Both the position numbers and the translations under genes were made by a program. Shown one piece after another: positions 26,189 through 37,300 of a stretch of DNA of 54,836 nucleotides. The notes under the pieces were generated by a model. The model was not told where the DNA came from. It searched no databases and saw only the letters and a list, made by a program, of their open reading frames with translations. The stretch is from a virus: the IMG/VR virus record IMGVR_UViG_3300024988_000006; one strand, 5' to 3'. Position 1 is the first letter of the stretch; each line of letters opens with the position of its first letter.

Positions 26189-27631
26189 ATGTTTAATCCC
26201 AAAACCGGCGCAAAGCAAGTATACACGTCAATCACTATCGGTCTTGTTGTTGATACTAATGATCCACAACAAACAGGTAGATTGCGCATTATGGTGCCAT
26301 CATATGGCGATAGATCAGATGGGCCCACAAGTGATATTCCGTGGGCTGCATACATTGCACCATTTGGGGGCACACTAAACAACGATAATGCTACTCGTGG
26401 CACAGAACAAAAACCATCACATGGTCCAATCACATACGGTATGTGGAATATTCCAAAGGTAGGTGCTGCGGTTGCCGTAACTTGTATCGATGGTGACCCA
26501 ATGAGTCGCATATGGTTGGGTTGTTTACAGTCCGAAATGTTGGGACACACACTACCACATGGTAGATACAGCATTGACAATGGTTCTGAACCTGATGGGC
26601 CCCTCAATTCGCAAGAACAACCAATCCAACCTCTGTACGATAATTTAACAACAGCCTTTACTTCCCGCGCTGATAATTATGAATGGAGAACACGTGGTGC
26701 TGATTATAGTGCATGTGCCGTTAACCCACAACAATACGACATAATTAGCCAAAAAGCTGATGATAAAGATGTGTCATTTACAAGTAAAGATGGAAAAACG
26801 GTGGTAATTCGTCAAGGTTATGCACTGAGCCAAATTGAACCTAATATTACATTTCCTGATACGACAGGAAAGAATTACGATTCGCAAGTATATTCATGGA
26901 CTACCCCAGGATTTCACTCAATATCCATGGATGACAGGAAGGAAAACTGTCGTTTAAAAATGAGAACGTCAAGCGGTCATCAAGTTATCTTAGATGATAC
27001 AAACGAACGTATTTACATCAATACCGCAGAGGGTCGTAACTGGATCGAACTTGACCAAGATGGCAACATTGATATTTATTCTACCAAAAGAGTGTCAATT
27101 CGCTCTGAATCAGACATAAACTTTTCTTCAGATAAAACGATTAGAATGCACGGCAAAGAGGGAATACACATGTATTCTGGCAAAGAGGTTCGTGTGCAGG
27201 CTACGGAGGATATTCATGTAAAAACAGCTCAGAACCTTCGTGTTCATTCATCTCAGGATACAAAAATACAAGCTGATGGAGAACTTCATGCTAAATCCAC
27301 AGGCAGCAATTATATTGAAACAGCTGGAGACTTTAACATTAAGGCGGTTGGATTAGGAAAGATAACATCAACTGACATACTACACATGACAGGTAAAGAG
27401 ATTTACGAAACGGGCGAACACATCTATCATAATGGGCCCGTTGCTACTCTAGCAACTGATGCAACACCCGCTTCGGAATTGGATGCTTATTGGACCAATC
27501 GTGTACCATCTCATGAACCTTGGGGACGTTGTGTCACGTTGAATGATACAACACACGATCCAAAATATAGCTACGATGATCCTGCAATGGGCACGGATGA
27601 TAAGGTCCGCAATCCTAACTGGCGCCGATAA
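26189..27631 (+). CDS. baseplate hub/spike protein (gp5/VgrG-like, no lysozyme domain)
   Basis: OB-fold start G-x-VVD-x-NDP-x-x-x-GRLRI...IPWA, P-x-VG, SGHQVILDD, beta-helix repeats and C-terminal RVPSHEPW. Confidence 0.85.
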   Translation: MFNPKTGAKQVYTSITIGLVVDTNDPQQTGRLRIMVPSYGDRSDGPTSDIPWAAYIAPFGGTLNNDNATRGTEQKPSHGPITYGMWNIPKVGAAVAVTCIDGDPMSRIWLGCLQSEMLGHTLPHGRYSIDNGSEPDGPLNSQEQPIQPLYDNLTTAFTSRADNYEWRTRGADYSACAVNPQQYDIISQKADDKDVSFTSKDGKTVVIRQGYALSQIEPNITFPDTTGKNYDSQVYSWTTPGFHSISMDDRKENCRLKMRTSSGHQVILDDTNERIYINTAEGRNWIELDQDGNIDIYSTKRVSIRSESDINFSSDKTIRMHGKEGIHMYSGKEVRVQATEDIHVKTAQNLRVHSSQDTKIQADGELHAKSTGSNYIETAGDFNIKAVGLGKITSTDILHMTGKEIYETGEHIYHNGPVATLATDATPASELDAYWTNRVPSHEPWGRCVTLNDTTHDPKYSYDDPAMGTDDKVRNPNWRR

Positions 27632-27649
27632 ATTTATTTCTTACACGGT

Positions 27650-27657
27650 AATAAATA
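27650..27657 (+). promoter_or_regulatory. late promoter box
   Basis: AATAAATA before the gp25-like gene. Confidence 0.6.
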
Positions 27658-27678
27658 TACAGAACAACGAGAGATATT

Positions 27679-28095
27679 ATGGCCAGATACAAGGGATTTA
27701 CAACAATTAATTATGGTAAGTATAACTACGCCACTCCATCAACCCCCACGGATTTGAGTGGTCGTAGTACTGTCACCAACTTTAGTATTGTTGATATTGA
27801 TTTGGTAAAACGCGATCTACTAAATCACATATTTACACGTACGGGCGAACGTGTAATGATGCCCACATTTGGTACTATTATACCCGATTTGTTGTTTGAG
27901 CCTTTGGACGAGATTACTGTTTCACTCGTTGAGGAAGAAGTCGTCAAGGTTATTCAGTATGATCCACGTGTTGATTTAGTTAACATCACCACAAAGGCAG
28001 ACTATTACAAGAACGCAATTGTGGTATCTACTACATTATTATATGTTGAATTTAATATAACACTCGAATTCAACCTTAACATAGAATTTCAATAA
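27679..28095 (+). CDS. baseplate wedge protein, gp25-like
   Basis: LLNHIFTRTGERVMMPTFG...LFEP...YDPRV. Confidence 0.9.
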   Translation: MARYKGFTTINYGKYNYATPSTPTDLSGRSTVTNFSIVDIDLVKRDLLNHIFTRTGERVMMPTFGTIIPDLLFEPLDEITVSLVEEEVVKVIQYDPRVDLVNITTKADYYKNAIVVSTTLLYVEFNITLEFNLNIEFQ

Positions 28096-28104
28096 GGATT
28101 TACA

Positions 28105-31100
28105 ATGAGCGGAAGATTAATCTCGAGAGCAGAAAGTTGGGACAAAGTATACGAAGCGTTTCAAAACATAAACTTCGCAGCTTTCGATTACAATACTATC
28201 AAGTCGAGCATGATAGATTATATCAAGCTATATTTCCCAGAAACATTTAACGACTACATCGAATCATCCGAATTCATTGCTTTGCTTGAGTTGTTCGCCT
28301 ATCTCGGCGAACTAATGGCATACCGCATCGACGTAACATCGCACGAAAACTTCTTACCTACAGCACAACGGAAAGATTCTGTACTACGTCTCGCTAAACT
28401 AATTTCATACAACGCATCAAGAAACATTCCTGCGAGGGCAATGGTAAAAATTACATCCATTCGCACAACTGAAGTTGTATACGACTCACAAGGAAGAAAT
28501 TTAGCAAATAAGAAAATCGTTTGGAATGATCCAACTAATACTGATTGGAAAGAACAATTCCTATTAGTAATGAATAGAGTTTTAAAGCAGAATTTTGGGT
28601 CAGTTGCTCCAAGTGAGCGTATTCAAGTTCAGGATGTATTATTTGAATTGTACTCCGTAAACAATAATCCGATTAATAATGGTGTATTGCCATACTCTGT
28701 ATCGGTGTCTGGCCAGTCAATTCCGATGGAATTGGTCCCAGCATCTTTAAATGAAGACGGTCCTTACGAAAAGCGACCAGAAGTTAACTCAAGTTTCACT
28801 ATTTTATACGGGGCTGATGGCCTAGGTGACAGCTCCAACACAACTGGCTTCTTTGTTTTCACAAAACAAGGTACACTCAATCGTCAAGATTACACATTTG
28901 ATGGAATTACACCCAACCAAATCGTTGAAATCGGCAACACAAATATCAACGAAACGGACTTGTGGATTAATAATGTTGACCCAAACAACAATTTTCAAAT
29001 TATCAACACTGCCGACTCGAATTCGACATTGCGTGATGGTGAGTGGATACCTGTTGACGTATCCCATGCTCAAAACATCATTTTTAACACTAACATTGTT
29101 AGAAACAAATATGAAGCTGAAACACTAGACAACGATGACGTACGTATTATTTTTGGCGATGGTGAATTTGCAAACATCCCAAATGGAACATTCCATGTTT
29201 GGTACAGAACATCAGCAAATAGTGATGTTGTAATTCCTCAAAGTACTATTACAAACACCAATTCAAGTTTTGATTATCAAGATACTAATGGTAATGTGCA
29301 GACTTTTGCATTTACCTTCTCTGCAACCAATACTATACAGAACTCCGCACCGTCTGAAGATATAGAGCATATTCGCAGGATGGCTCCTTCTGTGTACTAT
29401 ACACAGGATCGTATGGTCAACGGTCGTGATTACAACACATTCATGCTTCAAGATTCATCTATCTTGAAGATGCAAGCAGTTAATAGAACATTTGCTGGTG
29501 AATCAAAATATGTTCCGTGGAGCGACCCAAGTGAAGCTTACGATAATGTTAAAATCTTTGGCGATGATTTGGCCATTTACTTCAAAACGCTTGAAATCAT
29601 TTTACCAACTATTTCTGCTGACGTAACATCATTAAAACTGGTTACAGATTATGTAGAACCATTGTTATCCAACCCCGAACTGTTTACCAATCGTTCCATG
29701 ACAGGTAATACGGATGCTGGCCGGGTTCGTTTTACTACTAACGAACGTAACAATATTGTTAGCATGCTTGACCAAACGGTTAATTGGCCCGTATATTTAA
29801 AATATGATACAACCATGAGTCCTGCTCAATGGGTTCCAATTCGTTTTTCAGATGTACCTAACACGAACAATCTCTTAAACCCCAAAGATGACCCAGCCGT
29901 CAGTGACTGGTTAATTTGGATTAACAAATTGCCATCTGGTTTATGGGAAATAACTTATAAGAGTACGCGTATTATTGCCGAAAGTCCTACAACACGCTTC
30001 TGGTTTACTACCGAAGGTCGTGTTATAAACTATGATACTAAAAATTCGGGCAATGATCTAATCGTGTTGCTGAAAGCTAATACAAACAAAAATATGGATG
30101 GCATTCGCACAGCCAATACTAACTATATCATTCTCAGCCAAGAAACAAATGATGTTGGATTGCCTGATCAAGGTTTACCAAATATCAACCAGTTGCGCAT
30201 TATTAATGAAGATTTAAATAGTGATGGCGTTCCGGATTTTCCAAATGGTATTCCGCTTTATGATATTACTAATCCGACCGTTACTGTATATTTGACGGCA
30301 ATTACTACATTTCCATACACAACGCCGCCATTGAAAATCAGTTTTATTAAAGGACAGGGTGATGTTAGTGTTTCTGGGTTGAATTCAGGAGAGTGGATTG
30401 AGGGTGATGGATCTACCTTTGACGGTGATGTTACAAATCAAATAACAATATTATCCAACACACTTTCATCGCCTTCGACAACGGTTACTGTACAAGAATA
30501 TGTATATTTCGGTCGTGATACAACAACTGATGCGTGGACAATTATAGAAGCAGACACAACCAACATGTTGAATTGGTATGCTGATACAAATCACTCCAAT
30601 TACAAACGTGAACACGGTAGAACGGGTATGAATTTCTTGTGGTTACACAAATCGACCAACTACAACCTGATTGATCCTGCTGCAACTAACATAATCGATA
30701 TGTTTATTATTACAAGAGGTTATTATCTAAACATTCGTCAGTGGTTGAGCGGTGCATTGCCGGCTGAACCCGCTGCTCCTACTCCACTAGAATTACGAAC
30801 AAGCTATTCCGCTTTGCTGGACAACAAGATGATATCTGACACTATCGTTTTGCATTCGGGTGCATTCAAGTATTTGTTTGGTGCAAACGCTATACCGGAA
30901 CTTCGCGCATCACTGAAAGTTGTACGTTCTGCAAATACTAATTACACCGACAACCAAATAAAGTTGAACATCATCGCTGTTGTTAAGTCATTCTTCGACA
31001 TTAATTTGTGGGAGTTCGGGGAAACCTTTTACTTTACGGAAATGGCTGCTGCAATACATGCGTCACTACCAACGGAAATCGATACAGTTGTTCTTGTTCC

Positions 31101-31239
31101 ACTTAATTCGATGAATTTCTTTGGTGATATGTTCCAAGTTAGTGCCCGCGAGGATGAATTATTCATGCCAGACATTACAGTTGACGATATTGAAATTGTT
31201 GATTCGTTAAACAGACTTAATATTAAACAAGGTTCATAA
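28105..31239 (+). CDS. baseplate wedge protein, gp6-like
   Basis: FDY-x-x-IK, FNDYIESSEF, ENFL-x-TA-x-R-x-x-SV-x-RLA...Y, IIFGDG-x-F, and E-x-IE-x-IR-x-x-AP...QDRMV-x-x-x-DY. Confidence 0.88.
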   Translation: MSGRLISRAESWDKVYEAFQNINFAAFDYNTIKSSMIDYIKLYFPETFNDYIESSEFIALLELFAYLGELMAYRIDVTSHENFLPTAQRKDSVLRLAKLISYNASRNIPARAMVKITSIRTTEVVYDSQGRNLANKKIVWNDPTNTDWKEQFLLVMNRVLKQNFGSVAPSERIQVQDVLFELYSVNNNPINNGVLPYSVSVSGQSIPMELVPASLNEDGPYEKRPEVNSSFTILYGADGLGDSSNTTGFFVFTKQGTLNRQDYTFDGITPNQIVEIGNTNINETDLWINNVDPNNNFQIINTADSNSTLRDGEWIPVDVSHAQNIIFNTNIVRNKYEAETLDNDDVRIIFGDGEFANIPNGTFHVWYRTSANSDVVIPQSTITNTNSSFDYQDTNGNVQTFAFTFSATNTIQNSAPSEDIEHIRRMAPSVYYTQDRMVNGRDYNTFMLQDSSILKMQAVNRTFAGESKYVPWSDPSEAYDNVKIFGDDLAIYFKTLEIILPTISADVTSLKLVTDYVEPLLSNPELFTNRSMTGNTDAGRVRFTTNERNNIVSMLDQTVNWPVYLKYDTTMSPAQWVPIRFSDVPNTNNLLNPKDDPAVSDWLIWINKLPSGLWEITYKSTRIIAESPTTRFWFTTEGRVINYDTKNSGNDLIVLLKANTNKNMDGIRTANTNYIILSQETNDVGLPDQGLPNINQLRIINEDLNSDGVPDFPNGIPLYDITNPTVTVYLTAITTFPYTTPPLKISFIKGQGDVSVSGLNSGEWIEGDGSTFDGDVTNQITILSNTLSSPSTTVTVQEYVYFGRDTTTDAWTIIEADTTNMLNWYADTNHSNYKREHGRTGMNFLWLHKSTNYNLIDPAATNIIDMFIITRGYYLNIRQWLSGALPAEPAAPTPLELRTSYSALLDNKMISDTIVLHSGAFKYLFGANAIPELRASLKVVRSANTNYTDNQIKLNIIAVVKSFFDINLWEFGETFYFTEMAAAIHASLPTEIDTVVLVPLNSMNFFGDMFQVSAREDELFMPDITVDDIEIVDSLNRLNIKQGS

Positions 31240-31293
31240 TAAGTAGTAGGTTTTCCTCTACCAATTAGGGGATTTGACAATTTGATGACGCCG

Positions 31294-31301
31294 TATAAAT
31301 A
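31294..31301 (+). promoter_or_regulatory. late promoter
   Basis: Perfect TATAAATA before the giant structural gene. Confidence 0.7.
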
Positions 31302-31339
31302 ATATGAAATATTGTTATTTGTGGGGAAACATTAGACAT

Positions 31340-34300
31340 ATGTCAAATTCAGATTACTCAAAGCCTAGAACCAACTTATACGACTTATTACCAAACGTTT
31401 TAAAAACAAAGGTTAATAAGTCGATTTTTGAGAATGTTCATAATAGATATCTTACCAAAACCGAGCTGGTTCCAGCATTTGGATCAGTAGGTAAACGTAA
31501 TCCTGGCGTTTTACACGATAACAGACTTCCTGAACCAACGGTTCATCGTCAAGCATGGCAATTACAACCACTGTTGTACTCAAAAATTGCTACAGTGGAG
31601 CACATTTCTTCATATCACGACATTCTTCAAGAAGCAGCACGTCTTGGAATTGATTTGGATCGTTTGCCAAAGTGGGGTAATGCCCTTAAATTCAATTTTG
31701 CACCTCCAATAAGCATTGATAAATTGGTAAATTATCAAGATTACTACTGGTACGATCCTGTAAATCACAACTCGTCGCCACAATACATCACTATTCGTAA
31801 CAATTGTGCCGTTGCCGATAATCGTCGTTTACAATTAGAAGCTCAATTGGACAGAGTTATGCGTAATCCAACTTCAACACCGGAAGAAATTGCTGCTGTG
31901 CAACAGGACGTTGACGCAGCAACCGTGCAACGTGATTGTGTGTGCTCAGGTGGTGGTATTGGTTGGGACAGGACGGGTTGGGATGACAGTGGTGGTGATT
32001 GGTGGTTAGGTTTGCCAACTGCACCGGACAATACTCCACCTAATGTGGGTGATACTTTTGTGTACTATGATACACCATCACAAATGGTTAAAGTTTGGTC
32101 GGCCACAGACAACAATTGGATTGATGCTGTTACGCCACTTGGAGTCTTTCCGTGGGATGCAGCAGAGACATGTGTTGCTCAAACAGACCCATGGTCACAA
32201 GAAAATAGATGGATTCACAAAAGCGCTATAAATGATAGCCTTGGTGGTTTAGTACGTCGAGCAGAAATGCCAATCATTGAATACAATTCGTTTATTGAAT
32301 TAAATGAATGGGTATACGTTACCCACCAATGGAAATATAGAGCTGACGATGTATCTGATTGGATAACCGTTGTAGAAACACCAACTGATTTGGAAATGGT
32401 TGTTCGTCATAATATTACCGTTGTTGACCTTATTAACAACGAAATCTACGTTAGTGGTGATTTAACCAGTACATTCACACCTGGATTTGTGTTTGCGATC
32501 AACGATCCATCCACACCTACGACTGAAGATACCTTGTGGACAGTTGTGGTAAGTGGTTTTGATAATATCAACAATCGTACTGCCGTCCAATTAGTTGAGA
32601 ACGTTTCGCCTATTTCAACTACTTTCAAAATCGTTCCAACTTCAACCACCAGTCTCGGGGATCAATGGAAGGGATTCTTCTTCCATTGGAGTTATGTGGG
32701 TGCCACACAACCCATTCCAACGAACAACCAATACGCTAACCCAAACGTAGTGTTCAGCGAAGCACTAAGTACTGTTTCTAATAGCACCATGTTCGTTGCA
32801 CCAGCACCCTTCTTGAATGGTGCCGATGTTATTCGCGTATATGTTGATGAAATTCGTCAATATGGTACCTATATTGAAGGATGGTATGATTCAATTACAT
32901 CCACATTTGTTGCGGGTGTTGGTCCTGATGGAATTCACTCTAATGCAATCGAATTCTTCAATGCTGTTAGTGTGCCTGCTACTGTTCACATCGAAACCTC
33001 GCCGGCAGCACTTAGTGATATCAACCACGCAGAAGTATCTGTACGTGTTGATACAAGCACGACATTCACGCCAGCAACTATTACACTCATCAACTATCGC
33101 CGTGTTGAACAGGTTAAAACTGAAACCAATCAGTATCCACTATTCAACATATTCAATGTTGATGGCACACCAGCGTTTAAAGCTAATTCAATTTTCACAT
33201 TCCAGGAAGCTGCTAATTATCCTGTTGATTTACGTATTGGTAAACGTATCATTACATCAAATTCAGGCAAAGAATTTTACTTTGAACAGCATCTAATTGA
33301 AGAAGATAACGGCAGACTGTACTGTTATAAAGACAACAGCTCAGTTGAAATTAATAATCCGGAAGGACTCCAAGCAATTTGGCGCAAGGGATTGAACGAC
33401 GAAGAGTATGTTCCTCGTTACGTAAACCAATACAGGTTGGCAGAAGGCGATGAGTATTATGATGCCAACAACGTTTTACAAACAACACACATTTTGCCGG
33501 GCGTGAGTGAAGATTATACTACAACTGGCGACTGGGAAGTTGCAGAACAACTGTATTACAATGTCAATCACGAAAACCGTAAAAAGTTTAAATTGACGGA
33601 TCTCGTTGCGCACTTTAATACCATTCTTCAAGCACAGCAACCAGACGCTACAATGTCGTTTTTACAAGACCAAACAGCAATCATTGGTACCTTGCAGGAA
33701 TACAACTTTGGTGTTGGTGGTTCCATTAAAGAATTTAATGATAGTTACGACACATTCTTGTCCGCTATGTATCAGGATTCAAACAACCCATTGTCTGTTA
33801 CTACATTTGCAAGCTCGCAATATGCCAACAACATCACATACTTGCAAGAAACCTTCTTAGCAGGTGCCGTTGACTATCTAAAGCGTGGTACAGCATTTTC
33901 TGAATTAAAATATATTTGGGATCAGGGCGCATACATTGCTGATGATATCATCACAGCCTTTGAGTTTAATGATGCATATGATTTCGTGTTTGGTGATTCA
34001 ACTACATATGATAAAAATAACACCGTTGATGGCAATGGTAACAAGGTTGGTATTAAAAATTGGATTGCAACTCTACCGTTCTTGAAATTAGCTGCCGCTG
34101 TCGAACCACAAAAATTAGTCGACCCTGCGCTCGGTATAAACAAGATTCGCCATCACGACGGTCATATTACAGACATCAATGTAGATGTGCGTACAATATC
34201 AGCCATCACAACTCAGTTGTTGGCTGAAACGGGTGGTGGTACAGGTACAGCCTTCCCAACTACCAACCTTGTGAGGGGTATGTATTTTAAACGGTCTGAT

Positions 34301-37300
34301 ACTAACACATTATACAGATACAATGTGGTAGATGTTGCACCATCCCCGCCGGGCATCATCAACCCAATCGGCTCATTTTGGTTAAACACCAACACAGATA
34401 CTCTATATATTCGCGATGGTTCCATTACGGGATGGAGTGTCTATGCAGGTTCACCTGAAGACGCATGGAAAGAGATTAACATTGCCGACCTTGTTGTTGA
34501 TATTGTTTTTGAAGCAGAGCAACGTTTATATAGAGCTGTGCCACCGTTTAGTGAATTTGCATTTGACTACGCAATGCTCGCTCCTGCTGGTGATACAGAT
34601 GAGCAACAAGTTTTTATTGATTATCTAAAAGCAGCATACGTAGATTTTGTTCAAAAATATCAACTTAACCCATTTGCGACAGATTACAACGCTGTTGATG
34701 CATTTACATGGAATTATGGTGGCATTGATTCCGCCACTATACCTGCTGGTCGTTATCCAACAGTAGCTTCTGGTACGGCAAAACCATGGGGTTCCAGATG
34801 GACTGTTATCTACAAAGAAATTTTTGGTACTTCATACCCTCATATTGAACCATGGGTTTTACAAGGTTACACTAAAAAACCAGTTTGGTGGGACGATGAA
34901 TACAAAAACATGACAGGCACTCGTCGATGGATTCCTGTTATGTGGTCAAATATCGCCGCTGGTATTATTCCAGCCGGAAAAACTCCGCCTGTTGGGACTG
35001 TTCCTCAATATACACATTTTTGTGTGAATATTTACAATACAACAATTGATGGATATGCTCCCGATGAACTGATTCCACCATATTACAGCAACGACGTTAC
35101 CCTTAAACAGCAAGCAATATTAAATGATGTGAGTTGGTTAACAACACTAACCACAAAAATTAACCCAACTGACATCGTTAGTAACAGCTCTTATGGTTTT
35201 GGTGATCAAGGGCCTGTTGAGCAAATGTGGCGCGAGTCTGTGGAATTCTTTTACGATATCGTAAAAGTTGCATTCAAGATGCAACCAGTTCGCTTCTTAC
35301 ACTACACCATGGGCTTTGAGTTCTATGATGTTGCAGGATTGCAGGTAGAAAAAACTTCCGGTAAGGTATTAAGTCACAAAGACATGGTGTTCCATGGCGA
35401 TTTAGTGAATAATGAGATTTATCAATCACCAGGCTTTGGTCAATGGTACACAAATTTCATTCGCTATGGTGCGTATGATATCAACACGTCAGACTTTAAA
35501 ACTAAATGGACTGAGTGGGATCCGACTCTCGCATATCAAACTGCGTCTTTCATTAATGCAAAATCTTTACAACTTGCTTCGAAGTATTTCCCTGTAACAA
35601 AACAGGATTACGCAATTACCACGAAAAAAACTCCAGGTTCTGCTGATTATTGGATCGATTCATTGTTTGTGACAACCAACAAAATTGGTGCATGGCGGAC
35701 ATTTAACAACACCAAAATTCCAAGTGGCACTGGATACGATTGGGAATTTAGAGTTGAAACCGCTTCGCCCGTCGGCCGGGATCTTCATTATTATAATGTA
35801 AAAAATTACCAGTTTACGGTTGATGTTAACACCAATATCTGTACAACCGCCGTTGGTTTACCATGGAATGATTCGACCTTCCCTGAAACCAACACATGGG
35901 TTACAGGAACAGCAGTATTCATTAGTTCTACTGTCGCAAATCCAGGCGGGGTAAACGATGAGCGCGTATACTTCATCATAAAGGACGGCAACAATACCTT
36001 CAAATTAGCCGATTCATTAACAAATGCCGAAGAAGGTATTGCAATTGATATAACAACTACAGGTCTTGGTGATTTGTTTGTTGGTGAGGTTCAACAGCAC
36101 TTTATGGTGTCAAACGGCACTTTTGTAAACGTTAATTGGGCCCATTATAAGATGGATAAACGGGCCCCCAACACTATTCAGGCACCTTATATCATCCGTG
36201 GCGTTCAGAATCTTATAAACTTTGTTGATGGTTATGCAGAATACTACAAAGATCAAGGTTTTGTGTTCAACGATAACGAAGAAATCACTGAACTTGATGT
36301 CGATACTGGCAAACCATTGAGTTGGTCTGTTGAAGTGGATCGTTTAATTACCCGCATTTACACTGGTCTTGGCGAAGTCAATCAGATAGTGAGTTACGAA
36401 CAGCCAGGTTCTGGTCCATATACTACAACTGGTAGTGCCTCGTGGATCACAAGACAAAATAATATTGCGGCATATCATGAGGTTAATCCTTTCCGAAACA
36501 ACATCTGGTTCAACAATCAGGTTGGTGTGGTTTCCAATATCGTTTCGGGACCATTTGATGTTGTATCTGCTGTTCCACTCATCTATGACGCTACAGGTGT
36601 TGGTACAACATCTGATAAAGTATTCATCTATCGTGAAGATTCAAAGTGTCACATAACACTCGCTAGTTTGAGCGGTAGTGTATATGATGGTGAAAATGAT
36701 CAGCCACGCCCATATACAGACTCACACATGAGCGGTGTTCATATTTTCGTGGACACATATGAACATATCGTGTTGTTTAATAACTACACGATCGATGGCA
36801 ATTTGTTGTATGATGCATTCATTGGATTGAACGTTGGTAAGTTGAGTGTTGAATTCGAAAAACACACTCATCAGACATTTAGACCAAACGTTGGCGGATA
36901 CTTCCTCAACGACAATCAGTTAGTACAAAACATGGAGTATAGTATCGAGAATATGAAGTATTATTACGATACTTACATCGTCAATGAAACTGCTGACTAT
37001 CTTGATTATGCTCGTGCCTTATTGGGTTATGAAGATCCAACTTATTTGGATCAGCTTGGGGTAGGTTCGAAATCTAAATTTGTATTCTGGAAGGGTATGC
37101 TACAACACAAGGGATCTGTAAACTCGATCAAAGCATTCATTAATTCCCGTTTGTTTGTTGATGCAAAAATTGATGAGTTTTGGGCATACAAAGTTGCAGA
37201 ATATGGTAATATCGATCCACCATACTACCCAGAAGTGGTGCTTAAAATGGACGATGTTTTCAAAAATGAACTTCGTTTACATTTTACTACGTCCGAAGAT

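Noticed and set aside
31274-31301. sigma70 promoter formed by TTGACA plus TATAAA before the giant gene
   Set aside because: The spacer is only 14 nt; the site is better explained as a late TATAAATA box.
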